DNA of 64,000 nucleotides from the NCBI GenBank assembly GCA_001662655.1, contig KV460226.1; one strand, 5' to 3'. The number at the start of each line of letters is the position of its first letter. The stretch's first letter is position 1. Below the pieces are notes generated by a model, which did not search any database, was not told the origin of the DNA, and saw only the letters and a program-made list of their open reading frames with translations. The DNA comes from Pseudogymnoascus verrucosus. Its lineage: Eukaryota. The position numbers were made by a program, and so were the translations under genes. Of this stretch, positions 39,673-51,859 are shown piece after piece.

Positions 39673-40662
39673 ATGAGCCTCCACTTCCTCGGTATCCGCG
39701 ACTTCCCCATCCTTCACCAGCAACTGCGCTCCCCCACCACCCAAGCCCTCCATTCCCGAGACGCAACTGAGGATATCACCCACGACAGCAAAGACGTGCT
39801 CATCCAGCGTCTCCTCGACCTAGCCACGCACCTGCAATCGCAGGACCTGCGCGATGGTGATGTCTCCCTCCTCCACCGCGATGCAGACAGCATGGAACGT
39901 ACTCTGCGGCAATCGCCCGTCCTACGGCAACAGTCGAGTTTCCAGTCGTTTACGAGCGTGGGGAGCGGTGTTAGCAGGGGAGGGGAGGATGAGCGTTTTT
40001 GGCAGCCGCTGTCGCCAAGCATGAAGAGTCCGGGTAGGATGTTCGGGGTGTCGAGGGCGCCGTCAAGGGCTGGGCCTGTGGGTGGACTATCGGCGACAAA
40101 GTCGGCGTTGTTGGCGGAGGAGGCGGAAGCGCTGCTGGTTCAGCTTACGAAGACGGTGTCGGAGCTGAAGGAGAGGCGGGAGGAGTCGGAGGTTAGTTGT
40201 TTGCTAAGTTTCGTGAGGACTTGATCTGACGTGAGCAGCATATCCACGATCTTCTCGTCGTGCGGGCTGAAAAAGCAGCACAGCGAGTGATAGAACTTGA
40301 GGATCACGTGTCGGAGTTGTACGTCGCCTTGGCCTCCTTATTCTACTTACTACCACTAACACTACCGCAGAGATGCAGACTATGAGAGCACGGAATTGGA
40401 GCTGAACTTTTTGCGTGTCCAGCTGCGCGCGCTCGAAGTTCAGGGGCTAGACTATGTGCAGTTTAATGATGACGAGGAGTTGACGCAGAGCATCATCAAT
40501 TGGAAGCAGCAGTGGGCGGATGTGGAGCAGCGCACGAAGGCAAGGCGGCGGAAGATTAAGTCTGAGACGTCGAAGACATCAACGGGAACAGGGACGCTAA
40601 CGCCGACACCGACGCCGATGCCGACGATTGGAAGCCAGGGAGGGCTGGGACTGTCTTTATAG
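39673..40662 (+). CDS. Hypothetical coiled-coil protein, 3 exons
   Basis: ORFs 39673..40224 and 40396..40662 joined through two canonical introns and a middle exon (HIHDLLVVRAEKAAQRVIELE). Confidence 0.7.
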
Positions 40663-42806
40663 GCGTGGTAGGAGTGATGTACATGCTTGTTGGATCATTG
40701 GGGGGGGCTGCATTGTACAATATTTTAAGGCGGTACCCTGGAGAATTTCAGGATGATGGACGACCAGCGTATAATAATTCAATTCTTTGTCAATCTGTGA
40801 GAACAGCCACGGTGCTTACCCCTGTCACCCTCCATTAGCTTCATATTGAGAGTCACACCAGACCTATATATTCTCCATATAACTGCAGGCCCCAAACTTG
40901 CTGACTATATCAGTGGCAGGCACATCCGTCACCCCCGTCAGCGGGCAGAGTAATGGAGACGGCCATGCGTGAAGTTGTTTCTGGTTATCGCAAAGCAATA
41001 TTAACCTCAAACAGGGTTACAGGCAATGAATATGTGCGAAGATGGCCTCGTTGCGGAGCTCCGAATCACTTCACAGCCGAGCTGTCTTGGCTAATCACTG
41101 GAGGCCCCCGAGCTTGAAAATATACTCCCAGGCATTTCTGTTAAGCAACAGGGCCCCGTGCCATCAAATTTACTTCCCAGCGTCTGCTGTAGGAGCACCG
41201 CGACCACAGCAACTCAGCGACCACAGCATTTCCCCCGGTGGCACAACGTGAGTCCATCCCCCTCCCGACACAGCACAGTCCCTGTCCACCGCCTTCCCCC
41301 CGACACGCACCGCACAGCAAATACTGGAACACAGGTTCTCACTATCTTCGATGCTCATGATTCCTCTCAACGGCTCGATGGGACAGAGGGGTTATATAGT
41401 GCTTTTTATTCCCAATTCCATCTCGCTATTTCTCTATTCATATATTCCATTGCCTTGGGAATATAGGGGGAAGAAATCAAGGGAAAGGTATCAAGTACAA
41501 TCTCATATCATCCCAACCTCGTTCCACGTCGTACACCCCTTTTCATCCCAATTTCATCTCATACCCACCCCTCTCATCCGCCTCGCATAATGGTTACACT
41601 CGACTATCAATAATCACGCCGTGAATATCGCGGCAAATGCAGCTCTCAGTGACCAGAGAGGCTGATCGGTGGTGAGAGTGCGCGCGGTAACAAGAGTGGT
41701 GACAGCACCTACCAACAACGACAGAACTCTATGACAACAGCAAGAAGGTGGCGACAGCAATGACACACCAGCATCTCACCCTTCCTTCCACTTCCTGAGG
41801 CAGCACGGCGCAACTCCCGTATTCTGTGAGCACACACCACGCACCACACAGCAGTCACTCATAACTGATTTGAGCTGCTTTACGTCGCCGCTAACGTCTT
41901 CTCATCGGCTGGGAGAGGGTTTATATATACGCATTTTTGCATTCCTTTTTTGTCTTACCCCCGTCGCTCTAGCCCCCACCTTCGTCACTTTGGGGATGGA
42001 TGGTTTCAGTCAGGGGAAAGGTAGGAGTAGCTCTCATATCCCTCAAGTCTCTAATCCCTCCTAACCCAGTCTCTCTCTTCCTCCCTACCCTCCAGTGTAG
42101 TCTACCACGGACAACACGATACATCAGGAATAGCTACCTCTATATAATCCCTCTTGTCCCACTCGAGTACGATCACAGCCGCAGAATTCATCTAACAATG
42201 CAAAGATGGAAAGCCTCACAGCTGACATAACGACAAACAATCAGATCAAGAATTCGAAGAAAGCAACCAGGGGTTCGGGTGTAGTGATGTATGTGTTATT
42301 CTTGAGGAGTAGGATAGCGATGGTAGTGCGCGAGGACAGCAATAGGAATGGCTACAGGAGCAGTGGTGACAGTGACAGCAGCCCTTAACGACAGCACATA
42401 CAGCGACGACAGCAGCCTAAACACACCAGATAACCCCAGCGCCACATCACCAGCCACGTGGCCTCCATTATACCTCGCCGTGTCTTTTTCGTCTTTTGAT
42501 AGACTGATGGAGCGGAGGAGAGTAGGGTGTACTTATAGACGATGGCTATGTGGTTTGGGCGCAGCTTGGGGGGGGGGTCGGTCTAGAAAAGGGGACTGGA
42601 GGCGGCGCCGGGGAATACCGAGAAACACAAACACTGAAACCTACTGAGAGCCACTAGAGAATTGAAAAGCGCGGAAGGACTGATAAAAACTTAAAACCAT
42701 TCAAGAAATGAAAGACACTGTAAGCCACTGAAGACCAATGAGAAACTGAGAAGCGCTGAAGAACTGAAAATCACTGAAAGTAGGCGAGATGGTGGTGAGT
42801 TATTAT

Positions 42807-43691
42807 CAGTGTTGCCCGAGTACCGCTCCGAGTACTACTCGGAGGAACCTCGAGTACCGGCCTCAAAATTGAAGCTCGAGTACCGGTATTCGAGTACTGG
42901 TACTCGAATACCCGAGTACTACTCGCATATAAATAGAAATTGAAATATTACTATATATATACTATTCTAACTCATTATTTACATTATTACTGCTATCCTC
43001 ATCGTTACCTTATAATATAATACCCTAACTTCTTAAGTAGAGTAGATATTAAAGCGTAGATGGTAATATTTAGTTTCAGAACGTAAGTAAGTAAGGTAAG
43101 GCTCCATTTATTTACTCTTTTTACACTTAATTACCCCTGTTTCAGTGTTCCCCAAAATAGTATTAGTATTTGTGGTTTTCGAATAGTATTCGGCGACGAG
43201 TAGTATTCGGGCAAAATTTGGGGTATTCGGCGAGTATTTGCCAAAGACTCGAATACTATTCGAGTTCTTGGCGTGCACGGCCTAGAACGCAAAGCAACGA
43301 ATATTAGCAGGTAAAGTAGTATTAGTAATCAGTTATTATAAAATGTGCTAACACGTGACTGCTGCTGCAGTCACGTGTTAGTTCCACTAACTTTTAAAGA
43401 CTCTTTCTATAGCCTATTATTACTATTCGGCGAGTGCTATTCGACGAGTACTATAACTTCGTATGAGTATTCGCCGAATATTATCAGGTTATGAGTATTC
43501 GGGAAAACCCCGAATACTATTCGAATACTATTTGGTGAACACTGCCCTGTTTGCTAAGGGCTTGGCAGTACTCGTAGTACTCGGAGTAGTACTCGGGGAC
43601 TCACCGAGTACTCAAAAATATCACCCGACTACAGTAGTACTCGGGTACTCGGCGAGTAGTACTCACGGCGAGTACTACTCGGGCAACACTG
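42807..43691 (-). mobile_element. Non-autonomous hAT element (outer; 475 bp once the nested insert and one TSD copy are removed)
   Basis: TIR CAGTGTTGCCCGAGTA / TACTCGGGCAACACTG; TSD GTTATTAT at 42799-42806 and 43692-43699; dense subterminal CGAGTAC/GTACTCG repeats; transposase C-terminal remnant on the minus strand. Confidence 0.95.
43143..43544. mobile_element. Nested hAT-type MITE (402 bp)
   Basis: TIR CAGTGTTCCCCAAAATAGTATT / AATACTATTTGGTGAACACTG; TSD CCCTGTTT at 43135-43142 and 43545-43552; subterminal CGAATAC/GTATTCG repeats. Confidence 0.95.
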
Positions 43692-43867
43692 GTTATTATG
43701 TTATATGCGTCAATTTGGGGGTATCAAGTATAGGCTATATAAATACAAGATTCCACTCCAATCTAATCCCAAAAATAAATTCAAATTCAAATTCAAATCC
43801 AAATCCAAATCCACCACAACAATCAAATCCAACGCCTCTCCTCTATCTTTTCTATCCCCACCCCTCT

Positions 43868-45946
43868 CTAAACCCTCCTATCCTGCACCCTCTCTGTCTC
43901 ACTCTGAAAGGTTTTCTCATCATAATCCGGCTCCCCCACCGGCTCCTCCGGCCTCTCGGCCCTCTTATTCAACTTCCCTCCCTTCAAGAAGTACACAAAC
44001 TGCTGCAGCCCATACTTGGCAAACAACCTGCTCTTAACCCCAAACACGACATCCAGCTCCTCAAGCGTCTTCCCCTTGGTTTCAGGGACAAGCATTAGCA
44101 CCCCGAAGAACCCGATCACGTTCCACGCTGCGTACCAGCAGAATGCCCCCGTCGGTCCGAAGGCTTCGAGGAGCGAGGGCCAGGTGATGGAGAGGACGAA
44201 GTTGAAGAACCAGGTTGTAGCTGTGGCAAGGGACATGCCCTGCGAGCGGATGTACAGAGGGTACGCCTCAGCGGAGTAGGTGAAGGGCACCGGGCCCTCG
44301 CCAGGGGAGTAGACCATTCCGAAGAGGTAAATCCCGAGGGCGATACACGCGATTCTCGCCACCGACGTCTCAGGGATGAGGAACGAGAAACCCGTGAAGA
44401 ACAGCGCCAGCGCCATTAATGGGAAAGTAGTGAGAAGCAGATTGCGGCGACCAAAGGTATCGATGGTGTAGAAAGCGGGGAGAGCGAATAAGAAATTTAT
44501 AGCGCCGAAACCCATTGAGGCGCCCAGGGCAGAGAGTTCAGAGAGGTTGGCCTCTAGGAAGATCTCCGAAGAGTAGTAGGCTATAATATTGACACCGCAG
44601 AATTGCTGCATGAACATGACCAACTCAGACGCCTGGAGGGCGCGGCGGTTTCGCGGGACGCCGATGAGTTCCTTGGCTTTGTTGCCCATGTTGATGGTCT
44701 CGAGCTCGGCGCTGACGAGGTATTGAATGTAGAACAGGTCGCGCGCAGCTTGTACTTTGTTGAAGCGGAGTTGCTGGATTGCTGTCCAGGCTTGGTGGTG
44801 CCGGCCCTGGCTGATGTACCAGCGCGGGGACTCAGGACACATGAAGACGAAGCAGCATACTACGACGGCAGGGATCATAGCGGAGGCCATCATGAGACGC
44901 CAGTTCATCCCCGAGACGCCGGACGGGTCTTTGACTTCGTAGAACATCAGATCAGCCGCGTACCCGACGAAGATACCAAACGCCGTGAACATCTGCCAGC
45001 ACATGATGAGCGCGCCACGAATGGGTGGCGGCGCCGTCTCAGCAGCGTAGATGGGCACGGTGGCCGATTTGGGACCGATGCCGAAGCCGAGGAAGAAGCG
45101 TGCGATGAACATGTGCCACCAGGTGTTGGCAAAGGCTTGCCAGAAGCAGGCGGTGGCGGAGAAGAAGCAGGTTAGGAAGATGGTGCCGCGGCGGCCGAAC
45201 CAGTTGTTGAAGGGGATGGTGAGCCAGCAGCCGATGAAGGCGCAGCAGAGATAGGGGCCGGAGTTGAGGAGGCCGACAAGCCAGGTGGAGCGGGGGTCCT
45301 TCTCGCCGATGCCGAAGTGCTGTTTGTAGAAGATTTGGGCGCCGTTGACAACGGTTTCGTCTGGGGGGAGTTAGTCGCGTGATCTCTTAAAAAGTATCAT
45401 AATTAAAAATGAAAAAAACTTACCCATTCCCTGTACAGCTGCACACAGCGAACAAGGCAGAATCACGAGATACAGCTTCTTAGGCTGCCTCCACTTGTGC
45501 TCCAGCTCATCGGAAAACACCTTGCGCTCGTCCTCAGTTAGTCCCTCGACTTCGCGGAACATATTCGGGTCCTTAGCGACCATAGCCCCGAGTCTGAAGG
45601 CGCGAATATCCTCCGCCTCGCCCAGCGCAAACTCGCGACAGTACTGCTCGCCCATGTCGCCGACCTTCTCGACAGGGAAATTGCCGAGCGGATTCGCAAG
45701 TTTGAGATTTAGCCTGCGGCGCGTGCGCTCCCTCTCGTCGGTGATGCCGGCTAGTCTCTCATCTTCATCCTCTTCTTGATCGGGCTTGCTAACTACGGAG
45801 TCGCGGCGAGGGCTGGACGGGTCGGCGGGGGAGGAGCTGGAGGAGGGCTCGCCGGTGTTGATGCGTGTGGGGACGGCGACCTCATTGCTGCCGATTGGTA
45901 TGGTGGTGAGTTTGTTGTTGGGGTCGTCCATGTTGAGGTCCGCCAT
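43868..45946 (-). CDS. MFS sugar-porter family transporter (polyol/myo-inositol-like), 2 exons
   Basis: AAVQGM-DETVVNGA, FGRRG, PIYAAETAPPPIRG, PESPRW, MQQFCGVNIIAYY, FGRRNLLL, VPETKGKTLEE. Intron about 45361-45424. Confidence 0.9.
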
Positions 45947-48108
45947 GGTTGGCATGCGGATTGGGGATTTGTTTGTTGAAAGATGGAATTGATAGGAATG
46001 AGGGGAACCACAGTATATATTTATGTATATGTGTTTAAGTAGATTTATCAAAGGAAGGAAATATATGATTAGAGAAAGAAAGAGGTAAAACTGCTTAGCG
46101 GTGTGGGGTTCCCACTAAGTTATATGTTGACAATCCGATCTCCAGTTTTTCTATGGATAGTCGAGGGGGAGTCTCTTACGCCTTCTGGTACCTTTGACAT
46201 CATCACGAGGGAATCCTTGATGGGGCGAGATGGAGGTGGTGATGTGGGGAAGTAGTAGAGTGAGTATTGGTAGTCATTGGTAGTGACTTTATGACTTCTG
46301 TAGATGGTAGCACTACTATAGTACTATAGTAGTGATTGCCTTGTAGTCATCTAGGAACGTGATTGGAAGTGCGGGAGGGTATGGGAGGGAAAGGGAGGGA
46401 GGGAGGGATGTGGGGGGAGATAAAGGCGGGAGGGGATGATAGGAATAGCCTGTAACAAGGCATCCCGAGGAGCAATTGGGGAAATAATTGGAGGCAGAGA
46501 AGGAAGGGGAAAAGAGTGGGCATCACACTCTTTTCTCTCTGCGGACTCTAGAATCCCTAGGCGGAGGTGGGTAGGTACATAACATAAAGTGAGAGAATAG
46601 CAGCAAATCGATGTACTACCACAGTTATATTCAGGTCGTATACTTGTATACTGCTCATGACCCGCACGCTTTCCCTTGCTCGTGCAATCGAATGACATTC
46701 GGCAGCGCCAAGAAGCGCGCGTGAAAGTTGAGCAACAAGAAATTAGGAAGATAAACGCACCAAAGCAGGACTTTGCCATGCGAGGAAGACTAAGCGATCC
46801 CAGCGATCCAGCTCACCAAGTGGAGACCCCGCATCCCGACCGGTACTCACCCCGGCTATCCACGGTGGCGTCCAGACGGGGTTTAGCGTACCGTCATGAA
46901 TGAACGAGAGTGGTCCGTTTTGGGGATTGTGGGGGAGTTGTGAGGCGTGTATTGATCAATTGGGATTAGTGGGAACAAAGCGGCGGGATTATGGGAAACA
47001 AGACGCGAGAGTGGATGCTTCATTTGGAAATGGAGGGAGAGAAGAGGATGTAAGGTGTGGTGTGTGGCTTGTTGGTGGTGACGTCATTATATTTGATTTT
47101 AGTGGTTGCGAGGGTGAGGATGAGAGATGGGGGAGCGATGGGGGAGGGATGAGGGAGGGGTGGGAGGAGGTCGGGGGTAAGAAATAGAGCTGATTGAGGC
47201 AAATCGGTGTGGCTTAACGGAGGGGTGATGTCATGGGAATGGGTATAAAATTGTAAAAAGTGAGGATTGGGCCTTGACTTGACTGGCTTGGCGATGCAGG
47301 ATACAAGACTCGACTACTATAACACGGGTCGGTAGTGAGGCCGAGTGACCACGTAGTAGTGTGTAAGAGACGACAGTGTACAAATGAAGTGTTATGTGAG
47401 AGACGAGGAGTGTACAATGGGATGCACTATATGTACGAGAAAGTGTACAGGAAAGAGTATAAATTAAAGATTGTGAGAGTCGAGTCTAGCATAGACTGCA
47501 TTGATAGTCGAGATAGTCGAGATACTATATTGCAGGTTATAGTGTGATTATTGGCTCCTCTACTCACAAACACCAACAGTCAAGTCTAGCCGTACAAGCG
47601 TCGTTAGTCGAGTCGAGTCCAACTGCCGGAGACACTAGGGCAAAACACTATAACGACTACACTCGACAACACTCTATAAAGACTCCATTCCACTCTCATC
47701 ACCAACAGCCTCATGAATACTCCATCCATCTCTTCAAAAACCTCAACCAATCGCCACCCCTACCCCTTCTCATCGCTCAATCCATCCCCCTTTCCCCTCT
47801 CACTTCTTCTCTCTCCCCCAATCTTCCAACCCCCCCACTACCCCCACCATCTCCAACAAACAGCGGATCTTTTCCTTTGGTGGGGTTGTGGGGTAGATGT
47901 GGTGATCGATCTCCCCACTTTCAGTATTTCGACGTCGCAAGTAGAGAATGAGTAAATGAGCAAACAGGTGCTTTAGAGACTTTTTATTTCGTATATGGAT
48001 CACTTCGGTGCGCGAATTGTTGTGAATATTAGTAAAAATGGGGGTGACAATTATAATACTTGTTGCGATAAAATGGAGAATAAATGTCGTATCACCACCA
48101 CCTAAAAT

Positions 48109-48644
48109 CAGTGTGCGGCGAATCACCCCCCGAATACTATTCGGCGATCCGCCGAATCATTCATATTTTTGAGGTATTCGCCGAATCATGACTCGAATCT
48201 GATTCGAGTCATGATTCGAATCTTTGAGGCTGAAATAGAGTGTATGGAATATTGAAAACTACGAAAAATATTTGACTATGCCTAACCTTTGTCTTGACTT
48301 ATATCTTCGACATCCTCATCGTTAACAATACACTCGCATTACTGTTATCTTCATCGGCAACATAATCATCAAGATCCTTAGGAACATCATATAGCTCGGA
48401 ATCACTCATAATAACAATGATTGTACTAATTGTATTAAATGTTAATCTAAAAAGCTATATATTAAGGACGGCGACAAGCCTTCACAGCTAGACGCTTGGA
48501 CATATTATATGTCTTGGCAAGTATTCGAATCATTCAAATACTGGCCGAATCATGATTCGAATCATTAAGAAATAGCCCGAACCAGATCATGATTCGAGTC
48601 TGATTCGGGGCGAATCATGCCGAGTCACGATTCGCTGCACACTG
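48109..48644 (-). mobile_element. Non-autonomous hAT element (536 bp)
   Basis: TIR CAGTGTGCGGCGAATC / GATTCGCTGCACACTG; TSD CCTAAAAT at 48101-48108 and 48645-48652; subterminal CGAATCA/TGATTCG repeats. Confidence 0.95.
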
Positions 48645-49129
48645 CCTAAAATAGAAAAAGGCTTGAGCATCTAAACAAAACAAAATAAAAACAAAACGCA
48701 AACCATAACTCAACAACACATTCTACTACAGCTTAAGGGAAGAAAAAACCATTAATAAAACATCAGCGCTAATTGATCATCTAAAAATAGATCTCATCTA
48801 GGGCTACGAGTTCTCGCAGCTGCCTCAACCTAACCCCAAAATTGGCCTTCGAGGGTAATATATTAAGGGTTCCGGAGATGAAGTTAATCTACTATAAAGT
48901 ATATATAATATCCTTCATCTTATTAAATTTCGTTTGTTGATAGATAAGTAACTAAGCATATTTTGGCTTGTGGTATAAGGCACAGTTCCTCGGGCATACC
49001 GAGGATTAGGCAACCATGCTTAAAAAGGCGCACATTTTACATCTAGATAAAGGAGACTACAGCCGCCAATTCAACTTTCTCGAAGATTCTCCACTAGCGT
49101 GGATACATTAACCTCGTTCGTAGCTCACT

Positions 49130-50923
49130 ATGGAAGACGCAGTACGATATCAATACCTACCCCTCGCCAAAGACAATAATGACGGTTCGACGCGCTTACT
49201 TCAGCTCTTACCCGGCGCAACTGGCGAACCGATCAAGGGCAGCATTGTGAACGTGAACCTCTGCGACAACCCAGGCTACGAAGCTCTGAGCTATTGCTGG
49301 GGCGATACTGCCAATACCATTCGTATTTATATTGGGAAAGAATATATCGACGTAACACGAAATCTTCACGACGCTTTAGTCAAGCTGCGCGACAAGGAAG
49401 ACCCTAGAACTCTTTGGATTGATGCCATCTGTATTAATCAATATAATGTTTTAGAACGATCGCAGCAAGTCGGAATCATGGGGCAGATCTACAAGCAGGC
49501 CAAGAAGACCTTGGTTTGGCTTGGTCTAGAAACCGCGAATACTGCTAGAGCTTTCGAACTTATCCCATACCTCCTAGCGATATTTGAGGAAGCGTTTCAA
49601 GGGAAACCACGTCCAGTTCGTCTTGATCTCCGTATTTTAAGGCATCCTAGTATATTGCGAGTTTATGAGCAAGTACGCTTGTTTGAACCTTTTATTCAAT
49701 TGGAACAGCGCCCATACTTCTCAAGAATCTGGATAATTCAAGAAATTGCTCTCTCGTCTAATAGCGTTTCATTATTTTGGGGGCAATACTGCCTATCCTG
49801 GGAAGAGTATTTCGCAGCAGCGTATACATTCGCTTGTCTCGAAGTTCGGAAAGCGAACCTTCACCAACCTCTTGGCGCATTCCCTGCGTTGGTCATGGCC
49901 GTTCTACAACTAAGAGCGTCGAAGAGCACATCGCTGATAAGCCTCCTGGACCAATATCGACGAAAAGACTCTACTGATCCACGGGATAAAGTGTTTGCGC
50001 TGTTAGGAATTGCTGGATCGAAAGACATCTTATCTCTGAGCTGCAAAGTTGACTATAATATGACTGTCGTCGAGGTCTATACAAATCTCGCTAGCTCGTA
50101 CATACAGAGAGACGATAACCTTGATATACTCAGTTACACTCAATGTGGCCCTAGTATACCCTGCCTGCCTTCATGGGTGCCCGATTGGACAAGCCGGGAA
50201 GATATGCCAATTAATTTTAGGGTACCAAACTGTTCAGGCATTCGTTTCGATCACCACGCTGGAAGCGACAGTGGCTGCGGTACAAGCATATATGTGAACG
50301 GAAAAACTTTAACTAGCCAGGGCGTTCTTCTTGACCAGATTACGAGAACCTCGGGTTTGATCGACAAAGCGTGGGGTATAGGCTGCTGCAATGCTCATGC
50401 TTGGGAAACAATTGCAGAATTGAAGGAGAGGGGTAGTTACGTCGCTGGAGGCACAGCCATGGATGCCTTCTTTATGACTCAACTTGCTGGCTGTCCGAAA
50501 CTTCAATATGATATCATGAAAGGAAGGTTTCAGGAGCTATGGGAGGAAGCAAAAAAGCATACTCCAAAGAAAACGATTCAAGGTTCCCTTACTGTGTCAA
50601 CTGCAGAAGGTTCACAGCTACAGAGGGTTAATCTGATACCAATAGATGACCGGGAAACAGGAGAGATTGAAGCTCTTCTATCGTCAAGCCTTCAATACAC
50701 CAAGAGGAGGCGGTTTGCGATGACTTCTAGGGGATACTATGGGTTAGTGCCAGCCAAAGCTACTCCTGGCGACCAGATTGCCATTTTGAAAGGGGCAAAT
50801 TACCCTTTTGTCTTGCGTGCGCAAGGGCAAAGCTGGAAACTTGTGGGCGAATGCTATGTACATGGAGTCATGAATGGAGAGGCATTTGATGCAACCGCCT
50901 GCGAGGAAGTGTTAATAGATTAA
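49130..50923 (+). CDS. HET-domain (HET-6-like) heterokaryon incompatibility protein
   Basis: YEALSYCWG, LWIDAICINQ...ERSQQVGIMGQIY, YFSRIWIIQEI, TDPRDKVFALLG, LPSWVPDW, LVGECYVHGVMNGE; intronless 597-aa ORF. Confidence 0.93.
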   Translation: MEDAVRYQYLPLAKDNNDGSTRLLQLLPGATGEPIKGSIVNVNLCDNPGYEALSYCWGDTANTIRIYIGKEYIDVTRNLHDALVKLRDKEDPRTLWIDAICINQYNVLERSQQVGIMGQIYKQAKKTLVWLGLETANTARAFELIPYLLAIFEEAFQGKPRPVRLDLRILRHPSILRVYEQVRLFEPFIQLEQRPYFSRIWIIQEIALSSNSVSLFWGQYCLSWEEYFAAAYTFACLEVRKANLHQPLGAFPALVMAVLQLRASKSTSLISLLDQYRRKDSTDPRDKVFALLGIAGSKDILSLSCKVDYNMTVVEVYTNLASSYIQRDDNLDILSYTQCGPSIPCLPSWVPDWTSREDMPINFRVPNCSGIRFDHHAGSDSGCGTSIYVNGKTLTSQGVLLDQITRTSGLIDKAWGIGCCNAHAWETIAELKERGSYVAGGTAMDAFFMTQLAGCPKLQYDIMKGRFQELWEEAKKHTPKKTIQGSLTVSTAEGSQLQRVNLIPIDDRETGEIEALLSSSLQYTKRRRFAMTSRGYYGLVPAKATPGDQIAILKGANYPFVLRAQGQSWKLVGECYVHGVMNGEAFDATACEEVLID

Positions 50924-51056
50924 TTCATGTTTGTAAAGGAAAGAACCGTAAAGGAATATCTCACTTTTTTCATCTTATCCAAGAAAGTCACAACTGAGTT
51001 TAAAGGCATGTAAGCGTCTCCTGTGGGTTGACTCCCTTTGTATAACCTGTTGGATA

Positions 51057-51485
51057 TTGGTGACTTCCCTCTATGCGGTCGTCCCGCCAGCGGCTATCTC
51101 TGTCATCCAACTGGATTGGCAGCCCATTGGATCCCTCTGGATGGCCGCCTCCGCAGCAAACGGCGTTGGCGGCAACGCTCTGGGTCTCGATCCCAAGAAG
51201 GGCGTATACCTCGCGTACGCGGAGGTCGTCGAATGGTTCGGCTCGGAGCACGATGAAGCGGTTGAGGCGCGGGTGATAAGCACAACCTATGCGATCAACA
51301 ATGCGACGTAGGCCGCGGGCTTGTACGATCATTTCAACTACATGGGCGATGCCGCCGGCTTCCAGGCCGTTTATCCCGGGTACGGTGCGGCGAACGAGGC
51401 GAAGTTGTTGTCGATTTCGAGGAAGTACGATCCAACTAGGACATTCCAGACTCTCTTGCCTAGGGGTTTTAAGATTGGAGCGTAA
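51057..51485 (+). pseudogene. 3' fragment of an FAD-linked oxidase (BBE/VAO-like) with an internal TAG at 51309-51311
   Basis: GGNALGLDP...INNAT*AAGLYDHFNYMGDA...YPGYGAANEAKLLSISRKYDPTRTFQTLLPRGFKIGA*. There is no room upstream for an N-terminal FAD-binding domain. Confidence 0.75.
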
Positions 51486-51814
51486 ACAAGACGGCTCTGC
51501 TTAAATTTTGGGACTTGCCCCATTTGTGTAAATCACGTCAAAAGTGCTTGCATATATTATGAGGCTCGCGTTCTAGATGTAGATACCTTACAGATGATGA
51601 TTGTCTATACACTAAAGCGATCAGCACAACCGCTGCATATAGTTATATTGTGGATATAGGCCGATTGCACGAAAGTTGATATCAATCGATGCCAATATCT
51701 GAAGGAGGCTCATTGCGTCTAACATGATGCATGAAGAACAAAATGCCGTATTTTGACAGCCTTGATGATTTGAAGCCTTGTGAGAGTGATTATATCACGT
51801 CAAATGGGATTATA

Positions 51815-51859
51815 TTAGTAGTTGGGTGGGTGATCACCACCGAATACCCACTGTTGTAT
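51815..51859 (+). pseudogene. 5S rRNA 3'-half fragment with Pol III T-run
   Basis: TTAGTAGTTGGGTGGGTGATCACCACCGAATACCCACTGTTGTAT followed by TTTTTTT resembles the 3' end of ascomycete 5S rRNA; no 5' half visible. Confidence 0.8.

Noticed and set aside
43463..44098. 211-aa ORF
   Set aside because: Runs across MITE subterminal repeats, an AAATTC/AAATCC microsatellite and the antisense strand of the MFS gene.
51594..51702. Box C/D snoRNA (ATGATGA...CTGA, with a 10-nt match to 5.8S TGGCATCGAT)
   Set aside because: Weak terminal stem, and the complementarity is not adjacent to box D. A snoscan or Infernal hit would be needed.
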